DNA of 62,014 nucleotides, filler included. It is 5 parts of 5 records of this genome, joined end to end, with 100 filler letters (N's around TTAATTAATTAA, not from the genome) between each part and the next. Parts side by side here need not be neighbours in the genome. Positions count along the whole stretch, not along the records: positions 40,977 to 51,591 come from SRR20825006_2751; positions 51,692 to 62,014 come from SRR20825006_2759; 3 more parts are not named here. One strand, 5' to 3'. A model generated the notes under the pieces. That model was given only the letters and a program-made list of their open reading frames with translations. It made no database searches and was not told the DNA's origin. Positions 49,473 through 58,649 of this stretch are shown one piece after another. The position numbers and the translations under genes were made by a program. How positions within the stretch are numbered: the first letter of the stretch is position 1; each line of letters begins with the position of its first letter.

Positions 49473-50414
49473 ATGTCGACGCCGAAATATGCCGTCATTG
49501 ACGGCGAAATCGTGGCCTGGGAAAACGCGACCGTGCATGTCGCCTCGGCGGCCTTCAAATTCGGCACCACGGTCTTCGAGGGCCTGCGTGCCTACTGGAA
49601 TGCGGACGATGAAGACTTCTACCTGTTCCGCATGGCCGAACATATGGACCGGCTGGACTTCTCCCAGCGCTTCATGCGGTTTGACAGCGCCATCCCGGCG
49701 GATCTGGCTGCCCAGAAAACCCTGGAGCTGATCCAGGCCAATGGCTTCAAGGGCACCAACCTGCACATCATGACATCCTGTTATGTCGCCGGCATGGGCG
49801 GCCCCGGTGCTTGCGGGCCGGTCGGCCTCGCCATCACCGCGTTGGAGCGGCCGCGCTCGGAAAATGTGCTGAACGGCGTGAACGTGCAGGTCAGCTCCTG
49901 GATGCGTATCCCCGACAATGCCATGCCGATGCGGGTCAAGTGCAACGCCAACTACAATAACGGCCGGCTTGCCACTGTGCAGGCGACGGTCGACGGCTAT
50001 GATACCGCCCTCTTCCTGAACAGCCGCGGCAAGGTCTCTGAAGGTCCCGGCATGTGCTTCTTCATGGTCCGGGGCAATCAGGTGATCACCCCGCACACCT
50101 CCAGCGACATCCTGGAAAGCATCACCCGGGACACCGCCCTGCAGCTTGCCCGCGAAGCCGGCTACGAGATCGTGGAGCGGGATATCGACCGCAGCGAGCT
50201 TGCGGCCGCCGACGAAGCCTTCTTCTGCGGCACCGCCTGGGAAGTCACCCCGATTCTGTCCATCGATCGCCTCCCCGTTGGCAAAGGCGGTATCGGACCG
50301 ATCACCAAAAAGCTGCAGCAGACCTATTTCGATGTCTGTGAAGGCAAGACGGAAAGCCACCCCGAATGGCGTCTGCCGGTCTATAGCGAGCGCGCCGCCA
50401 AGGCCGCCGAATAA
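49473..50414 (+). CDS. ilvE: Branched-chain amino acid aminotransferase (PLP fold IV)
   Basis: VFEGLRAY, LFRMAEHMDRL, catalytic K in RVKCNANY, SEGPGMC, ILESITR, EAFFCGTAWE; several motifs diverge, so this may be a paralog. Confidence 0.8.
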   Translation: MSTPKYAVIDGEIVAWENATVHVASAAFKFGTTVFEGLRAYWNADDEDFYLFRMAEHMDRLDFSQRFMRFDSAIPADLAAQKTLELIQANGFKGTNLHIMTSCYVAGMGGPGACGPVGLAITALERPRSENVLNGVNVQVSSWMRIPDNAMPMRVKCNANYNNGRLATVQATVDGYDTALFLNSRGKVSEGPGMCFFMVRGNQVITPHTSSDILESITRDTALQLAREAGYEIVERDIDRSELAAADEAFFCGTAWEVTPILSIDRLPVGKGGIGPITKKLQQTYFDVCEGKTESHPEWRLPVYSERAAKAAE

Positions 50415-50428
50415 AGCAGCCTAAACCG

Positions 50429-50468
50429 TCTCCGCCGTGCCGGGAGAAGAGCCCAGGCACGGCGGAGA
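50429..50468. terminator. Stem-loop between convergent ilvE and tctA
   Basis: 13-bp arms TCTCCGCCGTGCC / GGCACGGCGGAGA. Confidence 0.7.
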
Positions 50469-50492
50469 TCCGGGATTACTCAACCCCTCCGG

Positions 50493-51590
50493 CTAACCGC
50501 TCCGCACCCGGCGCTGCCAGAGAGGCGTTTGTGAAATCAGCAGCAGCAGAAACGATACGGTCAATGCGAGCGATATCGGATGAGCGACGAAGTTCCACAG
50601 GAACTCGCCGATATCATGGCGCGCGCCAATCATCGCCCGCCGGTAATTACTGTCCAGCATCGGCCCCAGGATCACTCCCAGAATCACCGGGCCGACCTGA
50701 AAGCCGAATATTTTCATGAAATAGCCGGCCACACCGAAACCCAGCATCCAGGTGATGTGGACCGGATTGTTCTGGATGGCATAGGTGCCAACCGCAGAGA
50801 GCACGATGATCAGCGGTATCAGGATCGCCTTTGGACATTCGACAATCTTGGTGAAGACCCGGATGCCGCTCAGCCCGAATATCAGCAAGAACAGATTTGC
50901 CAGCGTCAGATTGCCGACGATGAACCAGAACAGGTGCGGCGTTTCGATCAGAAGTAACGGTCCCGGTTTGAGGCCGTGAATGAACAGCGCTCCGATAATG
51001 ACCGCGGTCACCGCATCCCCCGGAATACCGAGTGTCAGCATCGGGATGAATGCGCCGCCGACCGCCGCGTTATTCGCGGTCTCCGGCGCCACCAGCCCTT
51101 CCTTAGCCCCCTTGCCGAACGGAACTTCCGGCTTCTTCGTCGATCTCTTGGCGTGATCATAGGCCAGCAATGCAGCGATATCGCCGCCGGTTCCCGGCAG
51201 GGCGCCGATGATTGTTCCGATGCCGGAGGAGCGCAGCGCGAGACCGAGATAACGCCGTATGTCGGCCAGCCCCGGAATAACGCTGCCGATTTTCTGCCGG
51301 ATCGGCGGCAACGAGAGATTGTGGAGCTGCACCAGCGCTTCGGCCACACCGAAAAAGCCGATCATGGCGGCAACATAGGGAATGCCGCCCATCAACTGTA
51401 TCGAGCCAAAAGTAAGCCTCTGCTCGGCCGTCATCGGATCCAGTCCGACCATTCCGATCAGCACGCCAAGAGCGCCCGCGAAAACGCCTTTGGCAAAGCT
51501 TTCGCCGGAAAGGGCCCCGACGAGCAAAATACCGATCAGGCCCAGCAGTAAATAATCCCGTGACTGGAACATCAGGGCGAAGTTCGCGAT
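50493..51590 (-). CDS. tctA: Tripartite tricarboxylate transporter large permease (5'-truncated)
   Basis: GALPGTGGDIAA, APETANNAA, LTLGIPGD, GLKPGP, LGVILGP. Confidence 0.92.
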   Translation of the reverse strand: MANFALMFQSRDYLLLGLIGILLVGALSGESFAKGVFAGALGVLIGMVGLDPMTAEQRLTFGSIQLMGGIPYVAAMIGFFGVAEALVQLHNLSLPPIRQKIGSVIPGLADIRRYLGLALRSSGIGTIIGALPGTGGDIAALLAYDHAKRSTKKPEVPFGKGAKEGLVAPETANNAAVGGAFIPMLTLGIPGDAVTAVIIGALFIHGLKPGPLLLIETPHLFWFIVGNLTLANLFLLIFGLSGIRVFTKIVECPKAILIPLIIVLSAVGTYAIQNNPVHITWMLGFGVAGYFMKIFGFQVGPVILGVILGPMLDSNYRRAMIGARHDIGEFLWNFVAHPISLALTVSFLLLLISQTPLWQRRVRSG

Positions 51591-51591
51591 G

Positions 51592-51691
51592 NNNNNNNNN
51601 NNNNNNNNNNNNNNNNNNNNNNNNNNNNNNNNNNNTTAATTAATTAANNNNNNNNNNNNNNNNNNNNNNNNNNNNNNNNNNNNNNNNNNNN
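51592..51691. other. Artificial contig linker
   Basis: N44-TTAATTAATTAA-N44. Confidence 0.98.
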
Positions 51692-51692
51692 G

Positions 51693-52817
51693 GGCTTTAT
51701 GGAAAAGGCCGGCAATGTCGCCGGGCCGCTGCTGGGCTATGAGGTACTGAGCGCCTTCTTTCTGGAAGCTTCATTCCTGGGCATTATGCTGTTCGGCAAA
51801 GACCGCGTATCCAATCGCATGCACCTGATCAGTACCTTTCTGGTGGCATTCGGCACGACGCTTTCGGCGTTCTGGATTCTCAGCCTGAATTCGTGGATGC
51901 AAACCCCCACCGGCTACTACCTGGAAGACGGCGTGGTCATGGTGGAAAGCTGGTGGGAAGTGATCTTCAATCCCTCTTTCCCCTACCGCTTCTTCCATAT
52001 GGTAATCGCCTCTGTACTGACCAGCGCCTTCCTCGTTGCTGGCGTCAGCGCCTGGCGGGCACTGAAGAATGTCGACGGCCCCGCCACCTGGAAGATTATG
52101 CGCACCGGCGTGATGGTTGCCGCGGTGCTGGCCCCGCTGCAAATTTTCATCGGCGATCTGCACGGCCTCAACACCCTTGAGCACCAGCCGGCAAAAGTCG
52201 CCGCCATGGAAGCCATTTGGGAAACTGAGGAAGGCGCCCCCTTCACTGTTGTCGCCCTTCCCGACGAAGAGAGCCGCAGCAATAAATTCGCGCTGGAAAT
52301 TCCCTACGCCGCAAGCCTGGTACTTACCCACGAACTCAAGGGCGAAGTTAAGGGCCTGAATGAGTTTGTTGGCGAGCACCCACCCGTCGCGATCGTGTTC
52401 TGGTCTTTCCGTGTGATGCTCGCCATCGGCGGACTAATGGTACTGGTCGCGTGGTGGGCCGCCTGGGCACTGCGAAGCGGCCGGCAGGCCAGTAAACCCG
52501 TACTCGCGGCCCTCTCAGCGATGACCTTCTCCGGTTGGATCGCGGTGCTGGCCGGCTGGTACGTTACCGAGATTGGCCGCCAGCCGTGGATCGTCGACGG
52601 CGTGCTAAAAGTCCAGGACGTTGTCGCCGACCACAGCGCTGCCACCGTTAGCGGCACCTTGTTCGGCTATATCCTTCTATATCTGTTCTTACTGGCTTCT
52701 TACATCGGCGCGCTGCGCAATTTGTCGGCCAAGCCCGCTGCCTCGTTGATCTTAAACCCGGCTGGCACGGCGTCAGCCAACACCGGCGATAACACCGCGA
52801 AAGGGGGAGAATCGTAA
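51693..52817 (+). CDS. cydA: Cytochrome bd ubiquinol oxidase subunit I (short Q-loop, CIO type; 5'-truncated)
   Basis: AFFLEASFLG, NSWMQTP, RFFHM, QPAKVAAME, TEIGRQPW. Confidence 0.93.
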   Translation, partial: GFMEKAGNVAGPLLGYEVLSAFFLEASFLGIMLFGKDRVSNRMHLISTFLVAFGTTLSAFWILSLNSWMQTPTGYYLEDGVVMVESWWEVIFNPSFPYRFFHMVIASVLTSAFLVAGVSAWRALKNVDGPATWKIMRTGVMVAAVLAPLQIFIGDLHGLNTLEHQPAKVAAMEAIWETEEGAPFTVVALPDEESRSNKFALEIPYAASLVLTHELKGEVKGLNEFVGEHPPVAIVFWSFRVMLAIGGLMVLVAWWAAWALRSGRQASKPVLAALSAMTFSGWIAVLAGWYVTEIGRQPWIVDGVLKVQDVVADHSAATVSGTLFGYILLYLFLLASYIGALRNLSAKPAASLILNPAGTASANTGDNTAKGGES

Positions 52818-53809
52818 TGGAATACTGGCTACCGATTATCTATATGGCGGCAATGGGCTTGTCCCTGCTGATCTACGTTATTCTCGACGGCTACGACCTC
52901 GGTGTTGGCATGCTTATGCCGCTGGCCAACGACGCCGAAAAAGACATTATGGTCGCCTCCATTGGCCCCTTCTGGGACGCCAACGAGACCTGGATTGTGC
53001 TCGGCGTGGGGATTCTATTAATCGCCTTCCCCATGGCCCACGGCATCGTGCTCACCGAGCTGTATCTGCCGGTTACGATCATGCTGATGGGCTTGATACT
53101 GCGCGGCGTGGCCTTTGACCTGCGCGTCAAAGCGGGTGACCACCGCAAAGCGCTGTGGAACCGCGCCTTTTTCGTCGGCTCATTGGTCGCGTCGATGGCT
53201 CAGGGCTGGATGCTCGGCGCCTACGTCACGGGCCTGCAATCCAATACCACCAGCCTGCTGTTCTCGGCCCTCATTGCGCTAACCCTGCCCGCGCTCTACC
53301 TCACACTGGGCTGTGGCTGGCTACTGATGAAAACCGAGGGCGACCTGCTCACCAAAGCCATTGGCTGGGCGCGCAAGTCCGTGTGGCCTATGGGCCTGGG
53401 CCTGTTGCTGGTGTCTATCGCCACGCCACTGGTCAGCGACGCGATTGCGGAGAAGTGGTTCAGCTGGCCCAACTTCCTGATTCTGGCGCCTATTCCAGTG
53501 CTGTCTCTCGCCGCGTTTGCCGCGATTGTTGCCCTGCTTAACAGCGACAACAGCATCTACCGCGGCCACGGCTGGAAGCTGTATGCCAGCACCGTGGCCA
53601 TCTGCGTATTGGCCAGCCTCGGCCTTGGCTACAGCCTGTTCCCCAACATCATCATTGGCCAAATGACGATCTGGGATGCCGCCGCCTCGGTCAACGCCCT
53701 GCAATTCACCCTGGTTGGCGTTGTGCTGACCCTGCCGATCATTATCGGCTACACCATTTTCGTCTACCGCATCTTCCACGGTAAGGCGACCCACCTCTCC
53801 TACGACTGA
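52817..53809 (+). CDS. cydB: Cytochrome bd ubiquinol oxidase subunit II
   Basis: LDGYDLGVG, IGPFWDANETW, LRGVAF; TAATG coupling to cydA. Confidence 0.93.
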   Translation: MEYWLPIIYMAAMGLSLLIYVILDGYDLGVGMLMPLANDAEKDIMVASIGPFWDANETWIVLGVGILLIAFPMAHGIVLTELYLPVTIMLMGLILRGVAFDLRVKAGDHRKALWNRAFFVGSLVASMAQGWMLGAYVTGLQSNTTSLLFSALIALTLPALYLTLGCGWLLMKTEGDLLTKAIGWARKSVWPMGLGLLLVSIATPLVSDAIAEKWFSWPNFLILAPIPVLSLAAFAAIVALLNSDNSIYRGHGWKLYASTVAICVLASLGLGYSLFPNIIIGQMTIWDAAASVNALQFTLVGVVLTLPIIIGYTIFVYRIFHGKATHLSYD

Positions 53810-53831
53810 GCAGCAACAGCCACTGCTCATT

Positions 53832-53864
53832 GGCGGGCTGCGCGCAAGCGGGCCCGCCTTTTTT
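53832..53864 (+). terminator. Rho-independent terminator after cydB
   Basis: GGCGGGC...GCCCGCC stem followed by T6. Confidence 0.75.
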
Positions 53865-53925
53865 ATGCCCGCACCTTCAGTCGACGTCACTATCAGCCGC
53901 TTCCAGCCCCCACAGAACACAACTC

Positions 53926-54082
53926 TGTCAAATGTGACGAAGTTTCTGCCAGATCTGGCAAAAGCAAAAAGGTTTTATTTGCGACGGCAGCTCAAGCAAA
54001 CCCGAATGAAATTTAATTTTCAGTAATTACAACAGCTTACGCTAAATATTCGTTTTTACCGTGTTTTGGCACGAATCCTGTT
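53926..54082 (+). promoter_or_regulatory. Sigma54-type promoter region: tandem palindromic UAS, IHF-like site and -24/-12 element
   Basis: TGTCA-N4-TGACG (53926-53939) and TGCCA-N4-TGGCA (53947-53960) are 21 bp apart; TTACAACAGCTTA at 54027-54039; TGGCACG-N4-CTGTT at 54067-54082. Confidence 0.6.
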
Positions 54083-54193
54083 ACTACAATCATACGGAAT
54101 ATAGTTATTCCAATTACGCATAACCGAGGCCGCGTTATCGCTGTACGCATCAGGGACCGATACCGCTCGCGACAACAGTAAGAGGATTGCATC

Positions 54194-55084
54194 ATGCTCG
54201 ACAATATCTCCATCGATTTCGACCACAAACCCGAAGTTATCGCCTTCTTCGACGAACCCACCAACACCTTTTCCTATGTGGTGAAAGACCCAAGCAGCAA
54301 CGCCTGCGCGGTCGTGGACTCGGTAATGGAAATCGACTATGCCGCGGGCCGCCTGTCGCTGGTGGGTGCCGACAAAATCATTCAGCACATTCGCGACAAT
54401 AAACTGAGCCTCGAATGGATTATCGAAACACACGTGCACGCCGACCACCTGTCAGCAGCGCCCTATATTCAAGAAGCGCTCGGCGGTCAGATCGGCATTG
54501 GCGCCAACATTACCGTGGTGCAGGAAACCTTCGGCAAAATCTTTAACGCCGGTACAGAGTTCGCCCGCGACGGCTCGCAGTTCGACAAGCTGTTTAACGA
54601 CGGCGACGAATACCACGTGGGCAATATGCTGTGCCGCGCCATTCACACCCCCGGCCACACCCCGGCGTGCATGACCCATGTAATGGGCGACGCAGCATTT
54701 GTTGGCGACACCTTGTTTATGCCTGACGGCGGCACTGCCCGCGCGGACTTCCCCGGCGGCGACGCTCGCGTTCTCTATCAATCGATCCAGCGCGTGCTAT
54801 CGCTGCCCGATGAAACCCGCCTGTTTATGTGCCACGACTATATGCCCGGCGGCCGCGAGGTCGAATACGAAACCACCGTCGGCGCCGAGAAACAGGCCAA
54901 CATCCACGTACACACTGGCACCAGCGAGGCGCAATTTGTCGCCATGCGCGAGGCCCGCGACGCCACCCTCGATATGCCGCGGCTGATCCTGCCATCTCTG
55001 CAAGTAAACATGCGGGCAGGCCACCTACCCGGCGCCGACGACAACGGCACGGTGTATCTAAAATTACCATTGAACGTACTCTAA
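54194..55084 (+). CDS. pdo: Persulfide dioxygenase (ETHE1-like metallo-beta-lactamase fold)
   Basis: FFDEPTNTFSY, ETHVHADH, HTPGHTPAC, VGDTLF, GTARADFPGG, MCHDY, PSLQVNMRAG. Confidence 0.9.
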   Translation: MLDNISIDFDHKPEVIAFFDEPTNTFSYVVKDPSSNACAVVDSVMEIDYAAGRLSLVGADKIIQHIRDNKLSLEWIIETHVHADHLSAAPYIQEALGGQIGIGANITVVQETFGKIFNAGTEFARDGSQFDKLFNDGDEYHVGNMLCRAIHTPGHTPACMTHVMGDAAFVGDTLFMPDGGTARADFPGGDARVLYQSIQRVLSLPDETRLFMCHDYMPGGREVEYETTVGAEKQANIHVHTGTSEAQFVAMREARDATLDMPRLILPSLQVNMRAGHLPGADDNGTVYLKLPLNVL

Positions 55085-55098
55085 GGGCTGGGCAAGGC

Positions 55099-56790
55099 AT
55101 GGAATACAAGCAAATAGACTCGGGGCTGACGGTTTCCGGCCAGCTCACCGTTAACGACCTGCCGGCACTGGCAGAAAAAGGCGTAAAAACGCTGATCTGC
55201 AACCGTCCCGACGGCGAGGGCGGCGATCAGCCGGGCTTTAAAGAAATCGAAGCCAAAGCCACCGAGCTGGGCATGAGCTGTCACTACCTGCCGGTGGTCA
55301 GTGGCAAAGTCAGCGACGAAGATGCCGCCAGCTTTGGCGAGCTGCTCAGCGGCCAAAGCGCGCCGGTCCATGCCTATTGCCGCAGCGGCATGCGCTCCAC
55401 CACCCTGTGGGCATTGAGCCGCGGTGAAGAGATGAGCCTGACAGACATCGTCGATGCTGCCGCCAAGGCCGGTTACGACATGAGTGGCGTGGCCGCGCGT
55501 ATCGCCGCCGCCCGCAATGGCGACAATACCGCCGAGGGCATTGCCAGCTACGATGTGCTGATTGTCGGAGGCGGTGCCGCCGGTATCTCCACGGCCGCCA
55601 GTTTGGTGAAACGCTGCAAAGGCATCTCCGTTGCCATTATCGACCCCGCAGAAAACCACTACTACCAACCCGGCTGGACCCTGGTCGGCGGTGGTGTGTT
55701 CACCCCTGAGCAAACCCGGCGCAGCATGGCCTCACTCATTCCCAAGGGTGTGGAATGGATCAAGGCCGCCGTCGCCGCCTTCGACCCCGACAACAACACC
55801 GTGGTGCTTGAAGGCTGCCGCCTACTGAACTATCAACGCCTGGTGGTTGCCGCCGGTATCAAATTGAACTGGGACGCCATTCCCGGCCTGAGCGAAACCC
55901 TGGGCAAGAACGGCGTCACCTCGAACTACCGCTACGACCTGGCGCCCTACACCTGGGAGCTGGTAAACAAAGTTCGCAGCGGCCGCGCGATATTCACCCA
56001 ACCGCCCATGCCGATTAAGTGCGCAGGCGCTCCGCAAAAAGCCATGTATTTGTCGTGCGACCACTGGCACCGTCAGGGGCGCTTAAACAATATCGACGTG
56101 GAGTTCTACAACGCTGGTGCGGTGCTATTTGGCGTTGCCGACTACGTGCCAGCACTGATGAAATACATCGACAAATACCAGGCCAAACTCAACTTTGGCC
56201 ACACCCTGACCCGCATTGACGGCCCGGCAAAAACCGCCTGGTTCGCCACCAAAGACGAACAGGGTAACGACGTGGAGGTCAGCCGCGAATTCGACATGAT
56301 CCACGTGGTACCGCCGCAAGTCGCCCCCGACTTCATCCGCAATAGCCCGCTGGTCGATGGCGCCGGTTGGGTCGATGTCGACCAGGCCACGCTACAGCAC
56401 AAGAAGTACGCCAATATCTGGGCACTGGGCGATGTAATGAACGCCCCTAACGCCAAAACCGCAGCGGCGGCACGCATGCAGGCACCCATTGTCGCCAATA
56501 ACATCGCAGCCGATATCAGCGGTCGCGGCAGCGACATTGCCCACTACAATGGCTACGGCTCCTGCCCGCTTACCGTAGAGCGCGGCAAGATCGTATTGGC
56601 GGAATTTGGCTACGGCGGCAAGCTGCTACCCAGCTTCCCCAAAATGATGCTCGACGGCACCAAGCCATCTCGCCTGGCGTGGTTGCTGAAAGAGAAAATT
56701 CTGCCGCCCATTTACTGGCAGGGCATGCTCAAGGGACACGAGTGGCTGGTTAAGCCCACCATTGGTGAAGACGCACCAGCGAAAAAATAA
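55099..56790 (+). CDS. sqr: DUF442/TIGR01244 sulfurtransferase-like domain fused to type II sulfide:quinone oxidoreductase
   Basis: N-domain ICNRPDGE...AYCRSGMRS; SQR motifs GGGAAG, HYYQPGWTLVG, PIKCAGAPQK, YNGYGSCPL, LAEFGYGG; true start is the ATG at 55099. Confidence 0.9.
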   Translation: MEYKQIDSGLTVSGQLTVNDLPALAEKGVKTLICNRPDGEGGDQPGFKEIEAKATELGMSCHYLPVVSGKVSDEDAASFGELLSGQSAPVHAYCRSGMRSTTLWALSRGEEMSLTDIVDAAAKAGYDMSGVAARIAAARNGDNTAEGIASYDVLIVGGGAAGISTAASLVKRCKGISVAIIDPAENHYYQPGWTLVGGGVFTPEQTRRSMASLIPKGVEWIKAAVAAFDPDNNTVVLEGCRLLNYQRLVVAAGIKLNWDAIPGLSETLGKNGVTSNYRYDLAPYTWELVNKVRSGRAIFTQPPMPIKCAGAPQKAMYLSCDHWHRQGRLNNIDVEFYNAGAVLFGVADYVPALMKYIDKYQAKLNFGHTLTRIDGPAKTAWFATKDEQGNDVEVSREFDMIHVVPPQVAPDFIRNSPLVDGAGWVDVDQATLQHKKYANIWALGDVMNAPNAKTAAAARMQAPIVANNIAADISGRGSDIAHYNGYGSCPLTVERGKIVLAEFGYGGKLLPSFPKMMLDGTKPSRLAWLLKEKILPPIYWQGMLKGHEWLVKPTIGEDAPAKK

Positions 56791-56801
56791 CCCACCCTTT
56801 C

Positions 56802-56827
56802 GCGCCGCTGATGCGGCGCTGTTTTTT
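56802..56827 (+). terminator. Intra-operon hairpin between sqr and sulP
   Basis: GCGCCGC-TGAT-GCGGCGC followed by tgTTTTTT. Confidence 0.55.
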
Positions 56828-56832
56828 CGTTT

Positions 56833-58629
56833 ATGTGCAACACCACAGCCGCGACTGGAGAGGACAGCATTTTGAAAGGCGCACTCAGCCAATACTTACC
56901 CATCCTGGAATGGGGAAAGCAGTACAACCGCGGCCAGCTCGCCTCCGACCTGCTGGCGGCCGTCATTGTGACGATCATGCTTATCCCGCAGTCGCTGGCT
57001 TACGCCCTGCTTGCCGGCTTGCCCCCCGAAGTTGGTCTCTACGCCAGTATGTTGCCACTCATCGCCTACGGCCTGCTGGGTAGCAGCCGCAGCCTGTCGG
57101 TGGGCCCGGTGGCCGTGGTTTCGCTGATGACAGCCAGCGCCGTCGGCCGCATTGCCGAGGTCGGCAGCATAGGCTACCTCGATGCCGCCGTGCTGCTGGC
57201 ACTGTTCTCCGGCGCGTTCCTGCTGCTGATGGGCGTTCTGCGAATGGGCTTTCTCGCCAACTTTCTGTCCCATCCGGTGATCGCCGGTTTTATCACCGCC
57301 TCGGGTATTATTATCGCCGTCAGCCAGCTTCGTCACCTGCTGGGCGTGCACGCCCACGGCGACAACCTCTACGAAATTCTGCTCAGCCTTGCCGAGCAAG
57401 CCAGCCATACCAACCTCTACACCTTAGCGGTCGGTTTGCCGGTGCTGGTCTTTTTATTCTGGGTGCGTAAAGGCCTGCAACCGCTGCTGGAAAAAGTGGG
57501 GCTGTCGCCCTTTGCCGCCGCCATGGTCAGTAAAGCAGGCCCCGTTGTTGGCGTGGTAATGACCAGTGTTGCCGCTGTCGCCTTCGACCTCGGCGCAAAA
57601 AATGTGGCATTGGTCGGCGATGTGCCCAGCGGCCTGCCCGCCCTGCGCCTGCCGCCACTGCACCACGAGGCCTGGCAGGAACTGCTGATCTCGGCGATTT
57701 TCATTTCGGTCATTGGCTTTGTGGAGTCGGTGTCGGTGGGCCACACCCTGGCCGCGAAAAAACGCCAGAAGATCAGCCCCAACCAAGAACTCATCGGCCT
57801 CGGCGCTGCCAATATCGCCTCATCGGTATCGGGCGGCTACCCCGTTACCGGCGGCTTTGCGCGCTCGGTGGTGAATTTTGATGCCGGCGCAGAAACCCCC
57901 GCAGCGGGCATGTTTACCGCCATCGGCATCGGGCTGGCGGCAATCTTCTTCACGCCCTATCTGGCTTATCTTCCCAAGGCGACGCTGGCGGCAACCATCA
58001 TCGTTGCGGTGCTGTCGCTGGTCGATTTATCGATCCTGAAAAAAACCTGGGACTACGGCTATTCTGACTTTATCGCCGTTGCCAGCACCCTGTTCGTCAC
58101 CTTAGTGGCCGGTGTTGAAAGCGGTGTGGCCTGCGGGGTATTTGCCTCGTTAGCCCTGCATCTGTACAAAACGTCCAAGCCCCATATGGCCGTGGTCGGC
58201 GAGGTGCCGGGCACCGAGCACTACCGCAATATCAACCGCCACTCGGTGATTACCCACGACGAGATCCTGTCGCTGCGCATTGACGAAAGTTTGTATTTTG
58301 CCAATGCCAGCTTTATTGAGGATCGCATCTACGCGTTGCTGGAAGACTACCCCCACACACGCCACGTGGTGCTGATGTGCACCGCCGTGAACGAGGTGGA
58401 TCTCAGTGCACTGGAGGCACTGGAAGCGATCAACGAGCGTTTGGGCGAGCGCGATATTGCCCTGCACTTATCTGAGCTGAAAGGGCCGGTCATGGACGTA
58501 CTGTGTAAAACCCACTTCCTCAAGCAACTTACCGGCAAAGTGTGGTTGTCGCAGCACCTGGCCGTTACCGGCATTGTTGAGGAAATGAACCAACAAAACG
58601 CCGATAACACTGAAAACTGGGATATCTAA
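56833..58629 (+). CDS. sulP: SulP/SLC26 anion permease with STAS domain
   Basis: IPQSLAYALLAGLPP, GPVAVVS, FLSHPVIAGF, NQELIGLG, GGFARS, STAS LRIDESLYFAN; an in-frame TTG at 56872 after GGAGAGG may be the true start. Confidence 0.93.
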   Translation: MCNTTAATGEDSILKGALSQYLPILEWGKQYNRGQLASDLLAAVIVTIMLIPQSLAYALLAGLPPEVGLYASMLPLIAYGLLGSSRSLSVGPVAVVSLMTASAVGRIAEVGSIGYLDAAVLLALFSGAFLLLMGVLRMGFLANFLSHPVIAGFITASGIIIAVSQLRHLLGVHAHGDNLYEILLSLAEQASHTNLYTLAVGLPVLVFLFWVRKGLQPLLEKVGLSPFAAAMVSKAGPVVGVVMTSVAAVAFDLGAKNVALVGDVPSGLPALRLPPLHHEAWQELLISAIFISVIGFVESVSVGHTLAAKKRQKISPNQELIGLGAANIASSVSGGYPVTGGFARSVVNFDAGAETPAAGMFTAIGIGLAAIFFTPYLAYLPKATLAATIIVAVLSLVDLSILKKTWDYGYSDFIAVASTLFVTLVAGVESGVACGVFASLALHLYKTSKPHMAVVGEVPGTEHYRNINRHSVITHDEILSLRIDESLYFANASFIEDRIYALLEDYPHTRHVVLMCTAVNEVDLSALEALEAINERLGERDIALHLSELKGPVMDVLCKTHFLKQLTGKVWLSQHLAVTGIVEEMNQQNADNTENWDI

Positions 58630-58649
58630 GTCCAGCGGGAAGGGACTTT

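Noticed and set aside
54829-55098. 90-aa N-terminal extension of the SQR ORF (653 aa) suggesting a pdo-sqr frameshift fusion
   Set aside because: pdo ends normally (YLKLPLNVL-stop) and the DUF442 domain begins at ATG 55099; the extension is just an open alternative frame
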